This document shows, one piece after another, positions 1-21,037 of a stretch of 64,000 nt of DNA (the stretch's first letter is position 1; the number at the start of each line of letters is the position of its first letter). The position numbers and the translations under genes were made by a program. Source of the stretch: Klebsormidium nitens (taxonomy: Eukaryota; Plantae; Klebsormidiophyceae); NCBI GenBank assembly GCA_000708835.1, contig DF236968.1, positions 248,001-312,000 on the forward strand. Reading direction: 5' to 3'. The notes beneath the pieces are model-generated. The model did not search any database and was not told where the DNA came from. It was given only the letters and a program-made list of their open reading frames with translations.

Positions 1-1789
1 TAGTAACCTTCTTGTTCTCTTTGGAAAAATGCATCCTGAATCATTCGAGGTTGGACTGAGGGGTCAGATAGATTAGCAGTAGCACAGGTACGCAATCCTC
101 CGGCAACTCAGGGCAAGTTTGACAGCTGAGAAAGTCGAGCCTAAAGCCCAAGCTATATTAATGGACTTCCAAGGTAAATGTTGATGTGGAAGCACTTTGT
201 GTTTAGTGAACGATGATCGGGACTCCAGATTGAGCTTACCCGAAATAAAGTAATTGATCAAAGTGGTAAGGGGCCCAGTGCCAGAGCAGAGACAGCTTTT
301 AAGGGCGCAATAGGATTACGGACAGGCTTGGATGGTGCTGATGTGTGTTAGTTCGGCTATGAGGGTTTCTAACGATCCTGTTGGCCAGTTTTGACTGCCC
401 CAATGTGAATTCTTACGTGCGTCTCCAAGAGAATCTAATCCATAATACTTCAAAGCCCGGTATGAAGAGCTTTCTAAAAAAGGTCTCGAAGGTTTGGTCC
501 TGCTTGTGTTCCACTAGGTTGTCAGCTTCACAAGCGACACGCATCTTCAACTCTGAGGGTTTATGAAATATGCAATACGGGGCTGCTTGAAGTCTGCGAC
601 TTCGCTTGTGCCTTGCTACATAAGGGCGGTGGTCACCACTTTGTTTGTGCTCAAGAGCGGAAAGCTTTAGGACGCGTCTGACATTTCACCTCCAAGCTCC
701 TTAGCCAAGCTGCTCCTGCAAACGCAAAGTTGCAGCTGCCTAGAACCGACCGCCAGCGCAAAAAGCGTGTGAATTATCCACTTTTTTTGCTGCTTCAAGT
801 CTCAAAGAGCAATACTCATTCTGGCAAACGTTTTTGTCCATGACTGTGAATGATCTTTCAAAATTTCTTAGAGTAATTCCAATAGGAACGGCACACTCCC
901 TATCTTATCATCGTGTGTCAGCTGGCTTCGTTTATCCGGGGAACTCTGCTGGAGAACGCGCCTTAAGTAGTAAAGCCAGTCTAGCAGCTTTTTTTCACTT
1001 GGATTCTTTCATGGACCGGCTGTTTTCACCAAACAAGGGTCTCCTTTCTCAGACTAAAAAAAAACTTTATACCGACCAGGTCAAATTTTGCTCAAAGTCA
1101 CCTTTTTCCCTCATTCAAGATAGTTTTCCGATGGTTTGGAAGGGCGCTTGAGAGAGCACTTTGAAGAGCGTTTTGGAGAGCAAGCTTGAGAGTCATCTGC
1201 ATCCTGGTCTTCAAACGCCCTGCCAGAGGCGTCGTATGTGCTTTTCTCTTCTATTACAGGCACTTGTCGAGCAAGTTTTTTCATCTTCTGGCTTCAGCTC
1301 TCAACAGTATCAGTTTCCACAGCAGATGGTGTTCGTTTCACCTTCGGTGCACACCAAGGAAGTCCACACCATTTGCCCTCTCAAGCAGGCGCAAGCGTCA
1401 GCAATGAGTTTCATAATAGCACCGGGTTGATAGCCCGTGTTCGTGCAAACCGCCATCAGTCCATTTGCGTTCGCCTTCCTTGGAACTTGTAATCCCATCT
1501 CACAAGCTACCTACACACCGGTGTCAACAGCTGCTGGTTGACACCAGCAGCTGGGAACAATTTCCCCCTTGAGTCAACAGCTAGTAGTGAAGCCCTTTCT
1601 TCACCGAAACCTAGCCGTCACGACACCTCATCGCCAGCCAAGTAATGTATAAGTCTCTCCTTTCTAGCTTCTTCCTCTTGAGTTAACGGCCCATGCCTAA
1701 CGCCCTTTCTTTGAAAAAGCATAGCTTTCACACAACCATACCAACCAAACTCACGCTTTACCCTTCTTCCCGTCCAGGCTAACGGCCAC

Positions 1790-11420
<9,631 letters not shown>

Positions 11421-13689
11421 GGCCCCGCACAGATAGAGGTGTTAACATACTCCGAGCTGCTAACTGACTTCTCTAAGGTCCCCTGCACGATGCAAGCGGA
11501 GTTCGGGATCGAGGATCGCGAATGTAAATATCGCCTTGCCTGGACACGTGGGCTCGACATAGCACTGCTTAGCATATTGACCGGAGCTCGGTGCTGGCGC
11601 TCGTTGGAGAACCGTTAGATCATGTAAGCTCGTGGGTTTTTGCGTGTTTGTGATAATGATAGACGGGCACGGTGGATCTACGATATAAGCCAGCCGTAGT
11701 CAAACTTGGCGAACTTGTCCTGCATACCCCGGCCGGCCGTTGTGCTGATCATTGCTTGTTGACGGAGATCATAAGGAAGCGGTGGATAGGAGCCAAAACG
11801 GTTCCTGTGGTGAACAAGTCAGCTTGGAGCTCAACCCGCTTAAACTAGAAAGGGAAGATCATGGTGCAAACCTTCATGTGTAGGCCCGGGCCCGGGATGT
11901 TAAGGCTCTAGGGACAGGTGTACTAATAAGTATGCTAATCTTCGAGAGCCTAGGTATCCTGCAAAGAGGCGGCATCTAACTTGTGCAACATCCAGTGCAC
12001 GGAAGTGAGTGTTGTCATAGTCTAGCTTGCTATAGAGGGTGTAAGGTGGTTGTTCGTGCAGAACGAGAATTTGGGATGCGCGTATTCGATTGAATACTGA
12101 GAACATCCGTGAAGTACTGATCTGAGTTGGAATTAATCAGTTGGCACAACATGGCTGTCTTTTTAAATGTCAACAGGTCCACAGGGATCGTTTGCTGCAT
12201 GGCCCATGCATTGAGTTCTAGCTCAAAGTTGACGGTTTAGTGCGGACTCCAGTCGGACACCTTGAAGATCACGAAGATCTTGTTTACATAGGTCATGTCA
12301 ATTCACTGAGAGTAACATTCTGCTAGAGCCGCCCTGGCCATGTATGCTTTATGATCTAGCTCGGTACGGCGCCCATGAGCAATCCCGGCGCTGGCGGTGG
12401 TTGTGAGTCCCGCGCAAATTTCATATTATGTTGCGCGCTCTTGCCGGCCATCATATGCATGTGAGTCCTGGCACTGAGCGGTTGGAGTTGGACGGTCTAG
12501 TCGAGCCCGGTTATATGGGTGTCGGAGACGTACGTCGACATTTTGCATCCATTGCTGCCAGATCTTGTCGAGCTTGGTGAACAATCGTTCATGGCCGGAA
12601 AGCATGTCACATTGATCGTCAATCCAAGGGCCCTATACGTTAGGGCCATATTGCCAGCATGACCGTGGGCGCCAGGAGGCCAGCCACGTCTCGCACATGT
12701 GCCGTCAGCACATGTGTTAATATCTCGATCTTACTGAGTTAAACCATCAACTGGCAAAGCAATCACACAACAAGCCCATGCATCTTGACGAGTTCATCCA
12801 ATCATTGGAGTCAATAGCTTCAAGAAAAGAATGTCAAGCCTCGCAAATAATTGAATGCTGTTGTCATGTGTGTTTAAGGTTGCACGTCGACCGAAACCTC
12901 CGAGGTCATCCCAGGTTTTTCAGCCAACCAGAGGCCTGCTTTCCATAAATCTGGGTTTTTAAGAGGATTGCAACACTGAAGTGATTGTGTCGCCTACATC
13001 TATCAAATTCGCATCTTTTCTGCTCAAAGAAGCCTGGTCGGCAATTGCCACCACACATGGCCATTGCCCACTTGCTTTGGATTGAGCAATTTCAAGTTTT
13101 GTGCTGAATTTGGGTGATATAGGGCGCACAGATGTGAAGGGTTTGCTGCAAACCTCTGCCGAAACCAAGGTTTTCTGAACCACGTGGTCTGACAACTTAA
13201 GAGTGGGGGGTGGTAGGTATTCGGTCGACGCGCAACCTAACGTAAGCACCGATTGCGAAGTCGGACAAAAGGTGCCTACTATGATCGAGACTTTTTACAA
13301 CTAATGGCCCTTTCGGTCGATGATGATCTTTAGCGACATTGCATGTGCATTCAATGCCGCGACAACGTGCTCGTTTTAACACTAGTAAACAGCAATTTCA
13401 TCTTCTGTGCAGATTTCAATACAAACAAGTACCTCACTCTATACGGCAAAAATCCAACGTTCTCTTTTGACGATAATGTGCGTTCCAAAGCACTCTCTGA
13501 CCCCAAAACGGGCAGTCCCCACAACTTAAAAACCGCGGCTGCACTGCGGATTCGCTGTATACTTGCGAGATTTGCTGCTCTCAAGCATACTGACGGGGAT
13601 TACACAAGCCCCAACTGGGCTCTCCGACATCTAACGGCTTTGCTTATCAAGAGCTTGCTTGTATGCAGCCACGTCGACAGGGGTCCGGC

Positions 13690-16600
13690 TTATACGGCCT
13701 TCTTCTTTCCTCTCTCATTTGCCAGCTGAAGCACCATGTGTTCCAACTTCGACCCAAACACCTGCGAAGATGCCACAAGGCATGGGTGTTGAGTGCTGCC
13801 GCAAGCTCTACTGGCGTGCAAGCCAACGGTTTCCCGCCGCATCACCCACGGTTCGGGTCAGTATTCAGGCGACTCAAATCCTACTTTCGGCACTTACAGA
13901 GTCCAAGAGGAAAGCTATGCAGGGTGCGCCTGACCTCTCACAAGAAGCTCTACTTGACGCACGTGGTCAGTACAATCTGTCAAACAGATTGGACAGAACG
14001 GATGAAAGGAAAACTCTTGACTCCCGGCTGAGTTTTGCGAACCCTTCTGCAAAGTCCCCAGAGATGCTTGTCGTTGATGAACAGACCCATTTGAACCGTC
14101 GATTCGAGATGTCAGGCCGAGGGGGTTCCTTGCAAGCTGGCCGGAAGTCACGCACTCTCTTTCCATCTCAATCCAAATCGAACAGTCCCACGCTTAAAAA
14201 ACCTAAACATCGAGGACCCTTACATCCCGCGAGAAGCTCCGCTCGACGAACGTGTTCGTAGTAAACCTGGACAGACTTTGATCCAAGCTGACCAGTCTTA
14301 CCAAAAAGGGCTCCACTCGACGTGCACATGTCAGGAAGTTCGTTTCAAACGCGAGCATTGCCAACAGAGGCAGGCATCAAGGAGCCTTACCTCCCGCGAG
14401 AAGCTCCGCTCGACGTGCGCCCGCGCCGCGTGGCCCATCTTCTCCGCGAGCTGCGGGTGCTGGAGCAGGTCCGCCATCGCGGCCGCGAACGCATCGGGCG
14501 TCGGTGGGCACAGAAAACCTTGGCGAGGGAAAGGTGTCGTTAGTGTCCACGTTCAGACTCTGAAAGAGTCGAACTTCCTCAGCTAACACTGGCGACTGTC
14601 GAATTGGCAGGACATTCTTCGCCCTATGGATACGGTGCGGCGGCAAACGCGTCGGGCGTTGGTGGGCACATGCAACCTTGGCGGGGACGAAGACTTCTTT
14701 TGATGTCCAGGAGGATGGAGCGCGTTGAAAGTCTATCAATTCTCTTTTGAGTACCGTGAGCATGTGATTTGTGCCCACGTTCACACAATAAAAGATGTGA
14801 AAATCCTTCGCCGATTTGGCCAATGCCGACTTGCAAAAAAGTTAATTCCTACGAGGACGATGCGGCAGCAAACGCGTTAGGAGTCGGAGGGCACCGGAAA
14901 CTTTGATGGGGACGGAGAGTATATTGGTGTCAACAGTAAACGATGACGACCACTGAACGGTTTCGCTCCAAACATAGCTGATTCCACAAGTGTTCTGCTT
15001 CATCGATGCCATCTGGCTGCAGAAGGGTCTGCTATCAGAATGGCAACTCGAATCCAAGCTTCTTCCGCAGACCTTGAATCCATTTTGCTGGACAGAGTCC
15101 GTACCTCCTTTTTCATAGACGTTTTACTGTAGCGCAGAGCTCCATACATCATACCCCCACAACAAACGTTGAATTGTCAACGCTTCTAGTCAATGTTAGT
15201 CAAGGTGCATTTTGATGATTCCAAGACTTCAGAGGTTGGGTGCGGGGGAAAAGACAGAGAGCGCCTACCGGTCGTTTGGTGGTCGACGCTCTCGGTGGGA
15301 CCTCCGCTGTTGCACGCAATCACCGGCCGCCGAGCAGCCATCGCCTCCAGAGGGACGATGCCAAAGTGCTCGTCCTGCGTAATGATGGTGCCTACGTCAA
15401 CTTTCATAGCATACGTCACTTTCGTCTGTAATATTTCACTTCCGGAAGGGTGCCCAAGTACTTGTGCTGCGTGGACCTGGCGCCTGATTTTTGTCTATCA
15501 AATCATATGTTCTATGCGGGATCGCTCCGCATGGTCAAATACTGTGCTCTCGGTACAATGACGCCAAGCGCCTACGAGCGCCTACGTCATTCTCGTCAAA
15601 AATATGTCACTTCTGATGGCATAAACTGCTTCGCGTGGTCACGTAATGCGCTTCCCGAGGGGCGATGCGGAAGTGCTAGATTTCGATGCGAACGTACGGT
15701 ACCATACAGTTAAGTGTCGGGGGCATAGCGGTAATCGAAGACGGTGCTTCAATATAGCCATAGCTCAGTGCCAAAGGCGATAGGATCTGTTACTCGAAAA
15801 ACGCCGCATATTTCGGCGTGTTGAGAACGCAGACGCTGGCTGTCAGCAGGAACATGCGGCGAACAGGAGAGCAGAAGAAAATGGAGGAAACAGTTAGTGG
15901 ATGGGACGACTCTCAGGGGATGCAAACAAGAAAGTAGGTCGGAATAGGCCCTCACTTCCGGCGTGTAGAGGACGCAGATGCTCGCGGTCAGCAGCAGGTT
16001 CTTCTGCGTCTGCGTGAAGGACGGCACAAACACGACGTCCTCCCCAACTCCGCTTTCCTGGGCCAGCGCTTTCAGCTCCTCCAAAAGTTCCACGTTCTCG
16101 CGTAGCCGCACGTCGAAGCCGCCTGCATCCCGGAAGATGAAAGTTCAACCCTTGAATAACATTAGGCCTTTGGATAGCATCCTAAAGCCCGGGGTTATGG
16201 GTGGAATTAAGGTAAGGTTACAGGGGCGTAAGAATGAGGTTAATGGGGCGTAAGTGTGAGGTTAAGTAAGGGTCACTTTATGGCGAGGTAAAGGTGACGA
16301 TACGTAGGAATAAGGGTGGGGTTACAGGGGAGTAGGGGTAGACACGGATGTGAACACGTAAAGTTCTGGATTTCAGGATTAAGACAATATTTGTGCGCTT
16401 GGTAGATGGTTCTATTTCTTCATGGCTTGTTTCGAACACAAACAAGACATTTCACGAAAGAGACGTATGCAGTTGGGCGCGGCGGAAGTTGCTCCAGGGC
16501 TACTCGACGAGCTTAAGTTCCTGGCATCATGGGGCTACCGTCTTGCGAGCAACTTTTCACCGGAACGTTTCACCGGAACGTTTAGCAACGTTTCACCGGA

Positions 16601-19600
16601 ACGTTTAGCAACTTTTCACCGGAACGTTTCACCGGAACGTTTAGCAACGTTTCACCGGAACGGAGCTTTTGCACCGCTTGACACGTATCAATAGATCAGC
16701 ACATTTGCAGGCCCGCACAATCAATCTTATCTCGTCGCCCGCTTGCTCAAACAGCTCTCTCGACCTTGCAGAGTCCAACAACTAGAGCAAAAAGATCCAC
16801 CGAACATTGTGCTGTCGAGTTTCAATCTCCTGCTACGAGCTCGTTTTCAATCACCAATTTCTCACCGGCAATCCCTATAACCCGCTTTTTGCTTACCAGC
16901 GATGACCAGTTTGACTGTCGAGTCCTGCGCTTCTCGGACGCCCGTACTGCTGCTGGCACCGTCCGAACTCGCGGAGGCCCCTCCCATAGCGTTTGGCAGC
17001 TGCGAGCGCATTATCGCGTACGCCCTTATGGCGAGGCCAACGTTCTTCTTGCGCTCGAACCGGTTGATGGACAGAAAGATGCGCCTGTCGACAATACGAG
17101 AAAGGAATGAAGGGAGCAAAGGCAGACATATTGCGCGAAATGATGGTTGAATCTTACGCACTGTAAACCAAAGGGTAGACAGTAGCCCGAATCAGACAAT
17201 GGCTTGAGTGGGCCTATCATCCACGATTTTTAAGTGGCTCATCATCCGCAGCTCATAAGTGGCCCATCACCATACCCAAAGCAACCCGAGCAGAAGGTGA
17301 CGTCAAAACCGTTCTATCACGTCTCTCCAAATCCTGCGGCGTCTCATATCCGGCAGCGGAACTGGCACACGACTAACCAAACCCCCCACTCACGATTTCT
17401 TATGTAGGCCCCCGATGCCTTCTAGTGTATCCGCAACCATGATGCTCTCCTCTAGCGTTCCCTCCTGCTCCTTCGGCGATGGCGGCGGAATGTCGAACTG
17501 CTTCAGATCGACCGCTGGATACAGAACCGTCGGCTTAACGCCCTTTTTCCGCAGGTGCCGGAACGTCTGGTTGAACACGGCCGCGGTGAAAGAGCTGTTG
17601 ACAAGAAGGAGGTCCGCGCTGCCTGCAAAAGAAGAGAGGGGGACGTATGGATTCCGATTGCTCTTGTTCACCATCATGAAAGCTGTGGACCAAGAGGAGC
17701 TCTCCATAACACGGGGATGGAAATGGGGGGCCCTTTCGGTTCTAAGATGCACACGAAGAGAGAGACGGAACCCGAGAGCATCCCTTGCTTCCGATACTCC
17801 AGTCGTTGGTCGAAGTGCTTCAAGATCGGCATGCGAAGGTACAGCGGCCAGGTTGCCAAGTTTTGGGACTGAAAACCGGTGTGTGATAAATCCCAGAAGG
17901 CTGTCAGACCAAGCTCCTTGCCTAGCAAGGACGTCTCGGCGTGGAATGTCGCTCCAGACCCCATTCTGTTCTGACCGACAGCATGTACATATGAACCCAA
18001 GTTTCGCCTCCGGAAGGGACATGTTAACAAGAAGCAAAGAACGAAAACGTCCTTGATCCCCCACCTGTAGTCCTTTCCTCGATCCAGTCGATCGGCGCTC
18101 GGTATGCTCGCCGCAGCCAGGACTCCCGCTTCGCCAGCAGCATATCCGGAAAGTGGCAGTAGAACAGAATCCGCGCCTGCCGCATCCATCGGAGGACCGG
18201 TATAACTGCTGAGACTTGGTCCGCTATGACCACATCGAAGGACCCCCAGAGAAGGACAACGGCCCAAGCGACATATAGACAGCGGAGGTAGGCGCAGAGG
18301 GCATGGAAGCGGTAGAAGATGTGGCGGGGCAGCCAGTCGCCATAGACATGTACACCAAAGCTGCCTGGAAAGTGGAAGGAGACGTGAATGAACGGGCGGC
18401 GAGGTTTTACACCTTGAATCTGGCAGTAGAATCGACTGCCTGAAAGACCGGAGCATATTGTGGTTGATAAAGAGATCTCATTTGCACAAAGGCTGTTTGG
18501 AAAACGTTGGCAGAGTCTAAAGCGAATCTACAATTGATGGAAGCAATCACTGGGATCAATCCAATCCAGGCCAATCCACACGCGGAGAATGGAAGCGTTG
18601 AAAGCCCAGGAAGGGCAGACTTGCGAAGATACAGAAGTAAGAATAAATGGTAAGAGTCCCTGACGACAAGCTGCTTGTAAGGTTTTCAGGCTAATCTTCG
18701 TTCTCCCTCTTTTTTTGAAGCAAAGATAGATTAGTTCTAAGGAAAGGTTTTGCGCATTGCTTATGTACAGTGACCAGGCCAGTCATACATACAGGAGGAC
18801 CTTTCATTTTGGAGGATCAGGGCCTCCTCCTCCTCCTACAGATGATATTCTTACTGCCATCAAAGCAATACACTCCGCTTGTCTGTTGGTCTTCTTCCTT
18901 CCAAGGGGATGGGATGAGCATGGCGATCGGAGATGCAATATCAAGTCATGCACTCTTTTTACAGGAGGATGTCTGCTTCCCAAACACGCTTTTCACACTA
19001 GATTCCTTCGCAAAAGAAGTTTGTTAGTAGTTTTGCATCATCGCATTCAAGAAGTGGCAGGTGCGCCCTTCGGAGTCTTGCGGCTTGAGAAGTAGGTTAG
19101 ACCAAAACGCCCCTACCATCCAGAGTTTCTTCAAAGCAGCGCCGCGGGTCGTGGTGTGCTGTAAACACTTTTACACTGTGGCCCCGGCTGGCAAGCTCAA
19201 CCGCGGCGTCCACGATCAACCTCTCAGCGCCCCCTGCAAGAGAAAGTTCTCTCTTTTTAGCATCGCTTTCTTCTTCTGGTTGATTAATTTGCGGCATATC
19301 TGCTCACTGACATATGCAAGCTTGTGAATATCACGATTTGAACAGTGGCTCTCAGCCTGCAGAAAGCAATCACAGTCTGCATACACCCAAGACCTTGGGA
19401 TTCTGTGAGAATTGGATCAATTGCTACAGTTTTCCAACGTTGTATTCTGAATGTTCCTGGAGACGTATTGTCAACTTGCAATCACTGACGAAGTATTGTC
19501 AAGATGGACTGGATGAGAAGCAAAAGTGAGCACTGAGATGGTCCAGGCCACTTTGGTCCAGCTCAGTGACTCTTGGCCTTGTGCAGTTTTAGTGCAATCG

Positions 19601-20128
19601 ACTGAAGATCAAGTTCTGTGAAGAAGGAGTTACTTTGAAGAAGAGTTCACTTCACGCAGGCAGTTCTTCACCTTGTACTCGTGAATTTTCAAAATCTCAA
19701 AAGGATTCCTTTGAAGTTTGCCTACTGCGACCTGCAAGCTGGATACTGACCATACTTTTACTTTTACTGTCCATTTGGTGTCAGTGACATCAATGGGGTA
19801 CGGATGAATGCAGCATCTCGGCGGCCAGATAAGAACCTTGCATTTGAACACACGCCACACAAGAAAGTGGAAGGTTTGAAGTGGTGGTGCTTTGAGAAAG
19901 AGATTACATTCCCCACATTCTGTTACATAGAAGTGCTCTAAATTCTGTGCAATTTGATCTTGATCGACGCTCAAGGAACAAAGCCCGACTGAATAAGAAG
20001 TTTCTGGTTTCACACCATGTAGTGAAGGGAGACATTACTGAGCCATCCTCACCAATCCCCAGATCTGGATGCACAATGGCAATCTTCAAGTTTGCTTTTG
20101 CACCGGAGCTGCCCACGCCGTTCTGCAT
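13690..20128 (-). CDS. ALG2: Alpha-1,3/1,6-mannosyltransferase ALG2 (GT4, lipid-linked oligosaccharide synthesis), 9 exons
   Basis: Minus-strand exons: 20128-20053, 19233-19117, 18364-18065, 17622-17394, 17094-16897, 16122-15956, 15374-15269, 14518-14391, 13761-13690 (TAA). Motifs: [77 protein letters not shown] (EX7E motif), [10 protein letters not shown]. The protein ends in KKKAV. Confidence 0.95.
14218..14915 (-). repeat. Degenerate copies of both ends of ALG2 exon 8 with their splice sites
   Basis: Acceptor-side copies at about 14630-14690 and 14855-14915. Donor-side copies at about 14218-14248 and 14297-14325. Confidence 0.8.
16548..16662. repeat. Compound minisatellite in ALG2 intron 5 (13-bp caccggaacgttt and 10-bp agcaacgttt modules; about 59-bp higher-order unit x2)
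   Basis: Read directly: agcaacttttcaccggaacgtttcaccggaacgtttagcaacgtttcaccggaacgttt, repeated. Confidence 0.9.
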
Positions 20129-21037
20129 TTTGGGAGATCTGAAGCTGCCAGCTCACAGTTTGTGCCCTGGGGTAGTCCTTCACGAGAGAAACGTGGTCAT
20201 GCTTCAGAACGCATTGCAATGGCGGCGGCTTGCTTGCCAATTCTGCCAGCAGTTCACGTGAACGCAATGCGCCATCTACGAATCCGATCTAACAGAGCAG
20301 GAAGCATCTTGCCAAGGGAATTTCGAACTTCTCTGACTTGTTGACGTCAGCACTGTGACAGACTCAGCACGCTAAGCGCATTCTTACACAGGCCGTCGAT
20401 CTCAATCTGCCACCTACAGGTTGCCCGAAAGGAGCTGTATGATCAGTGGTCCAAAATTCTCGCATGCAAGTCTAGCTTTCAGACTCTCCTGCTCTACTGC
20501 CGTCCAAACTCCGACACAAGGAGAAATGGACGGTGCTAGATGCACAAACGCCGGGGAATGGTGGACGATTATTGCGTGCTCGGAGGGCGTCAACCTGGGA
20601 GTATCGTCTCGCTATTTGGGATCCCGAAATTCTCAACCGGGCGCCCGTATGATGCTTCCGAGACAAAATATTGTTACATGCAAATGTACTCAGTTTGACT
20701 TTTGAGGAAGCTCTGAACCCAGGAAGGCTAGGTGGCAGAACCAGATCTCAAAACACGGGCCCAGGGCAGCCCAGGGCGCGGCCAGGGTGGGAGTTGAGGT
20801 GGTGGCAGCTGGCGCTTAGGTTTAGGTGCCGCTCAGGCTGGTAGAGTAGTCAGGACCCAGGAGGCCATGTTGACAAAGTGCTTGTTCTTTGAGCACGCGG
20901 TGTCCTCCATGAGAAGGTGTTGGGGTCGTTGCTGAGGTCTTTTCCGCTAATAAAGACGTGGCGGTGGCATTTCCTTTCAATTGTCAGAGTGGATGTTGCT
21001 ACTTTTTGGGAAGAAGTTTAGCTGAGCGGACGGGAGG

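Noticed and set aside
1-1500. Short ORFs at the window start
   Set aside because: No recognisable motifs, splice pattern or exon-like codon bias; treated as intergenic or UTR.
16195-16350. Telomere-like G-rich degenerate repeat (taaggg/ggggtta)
   Set aside because: No exact TTTAGGG or TTTTAGGG tandem units; better explained as the pyrimidine-rich, branch-point-rich 3' part of a minus-strand intron.
18757-19095. Nested antisense ORF in ALG2 intron 2
   Set aside because: No motif, no GC3 bias and no partner exons; a chance ORF.
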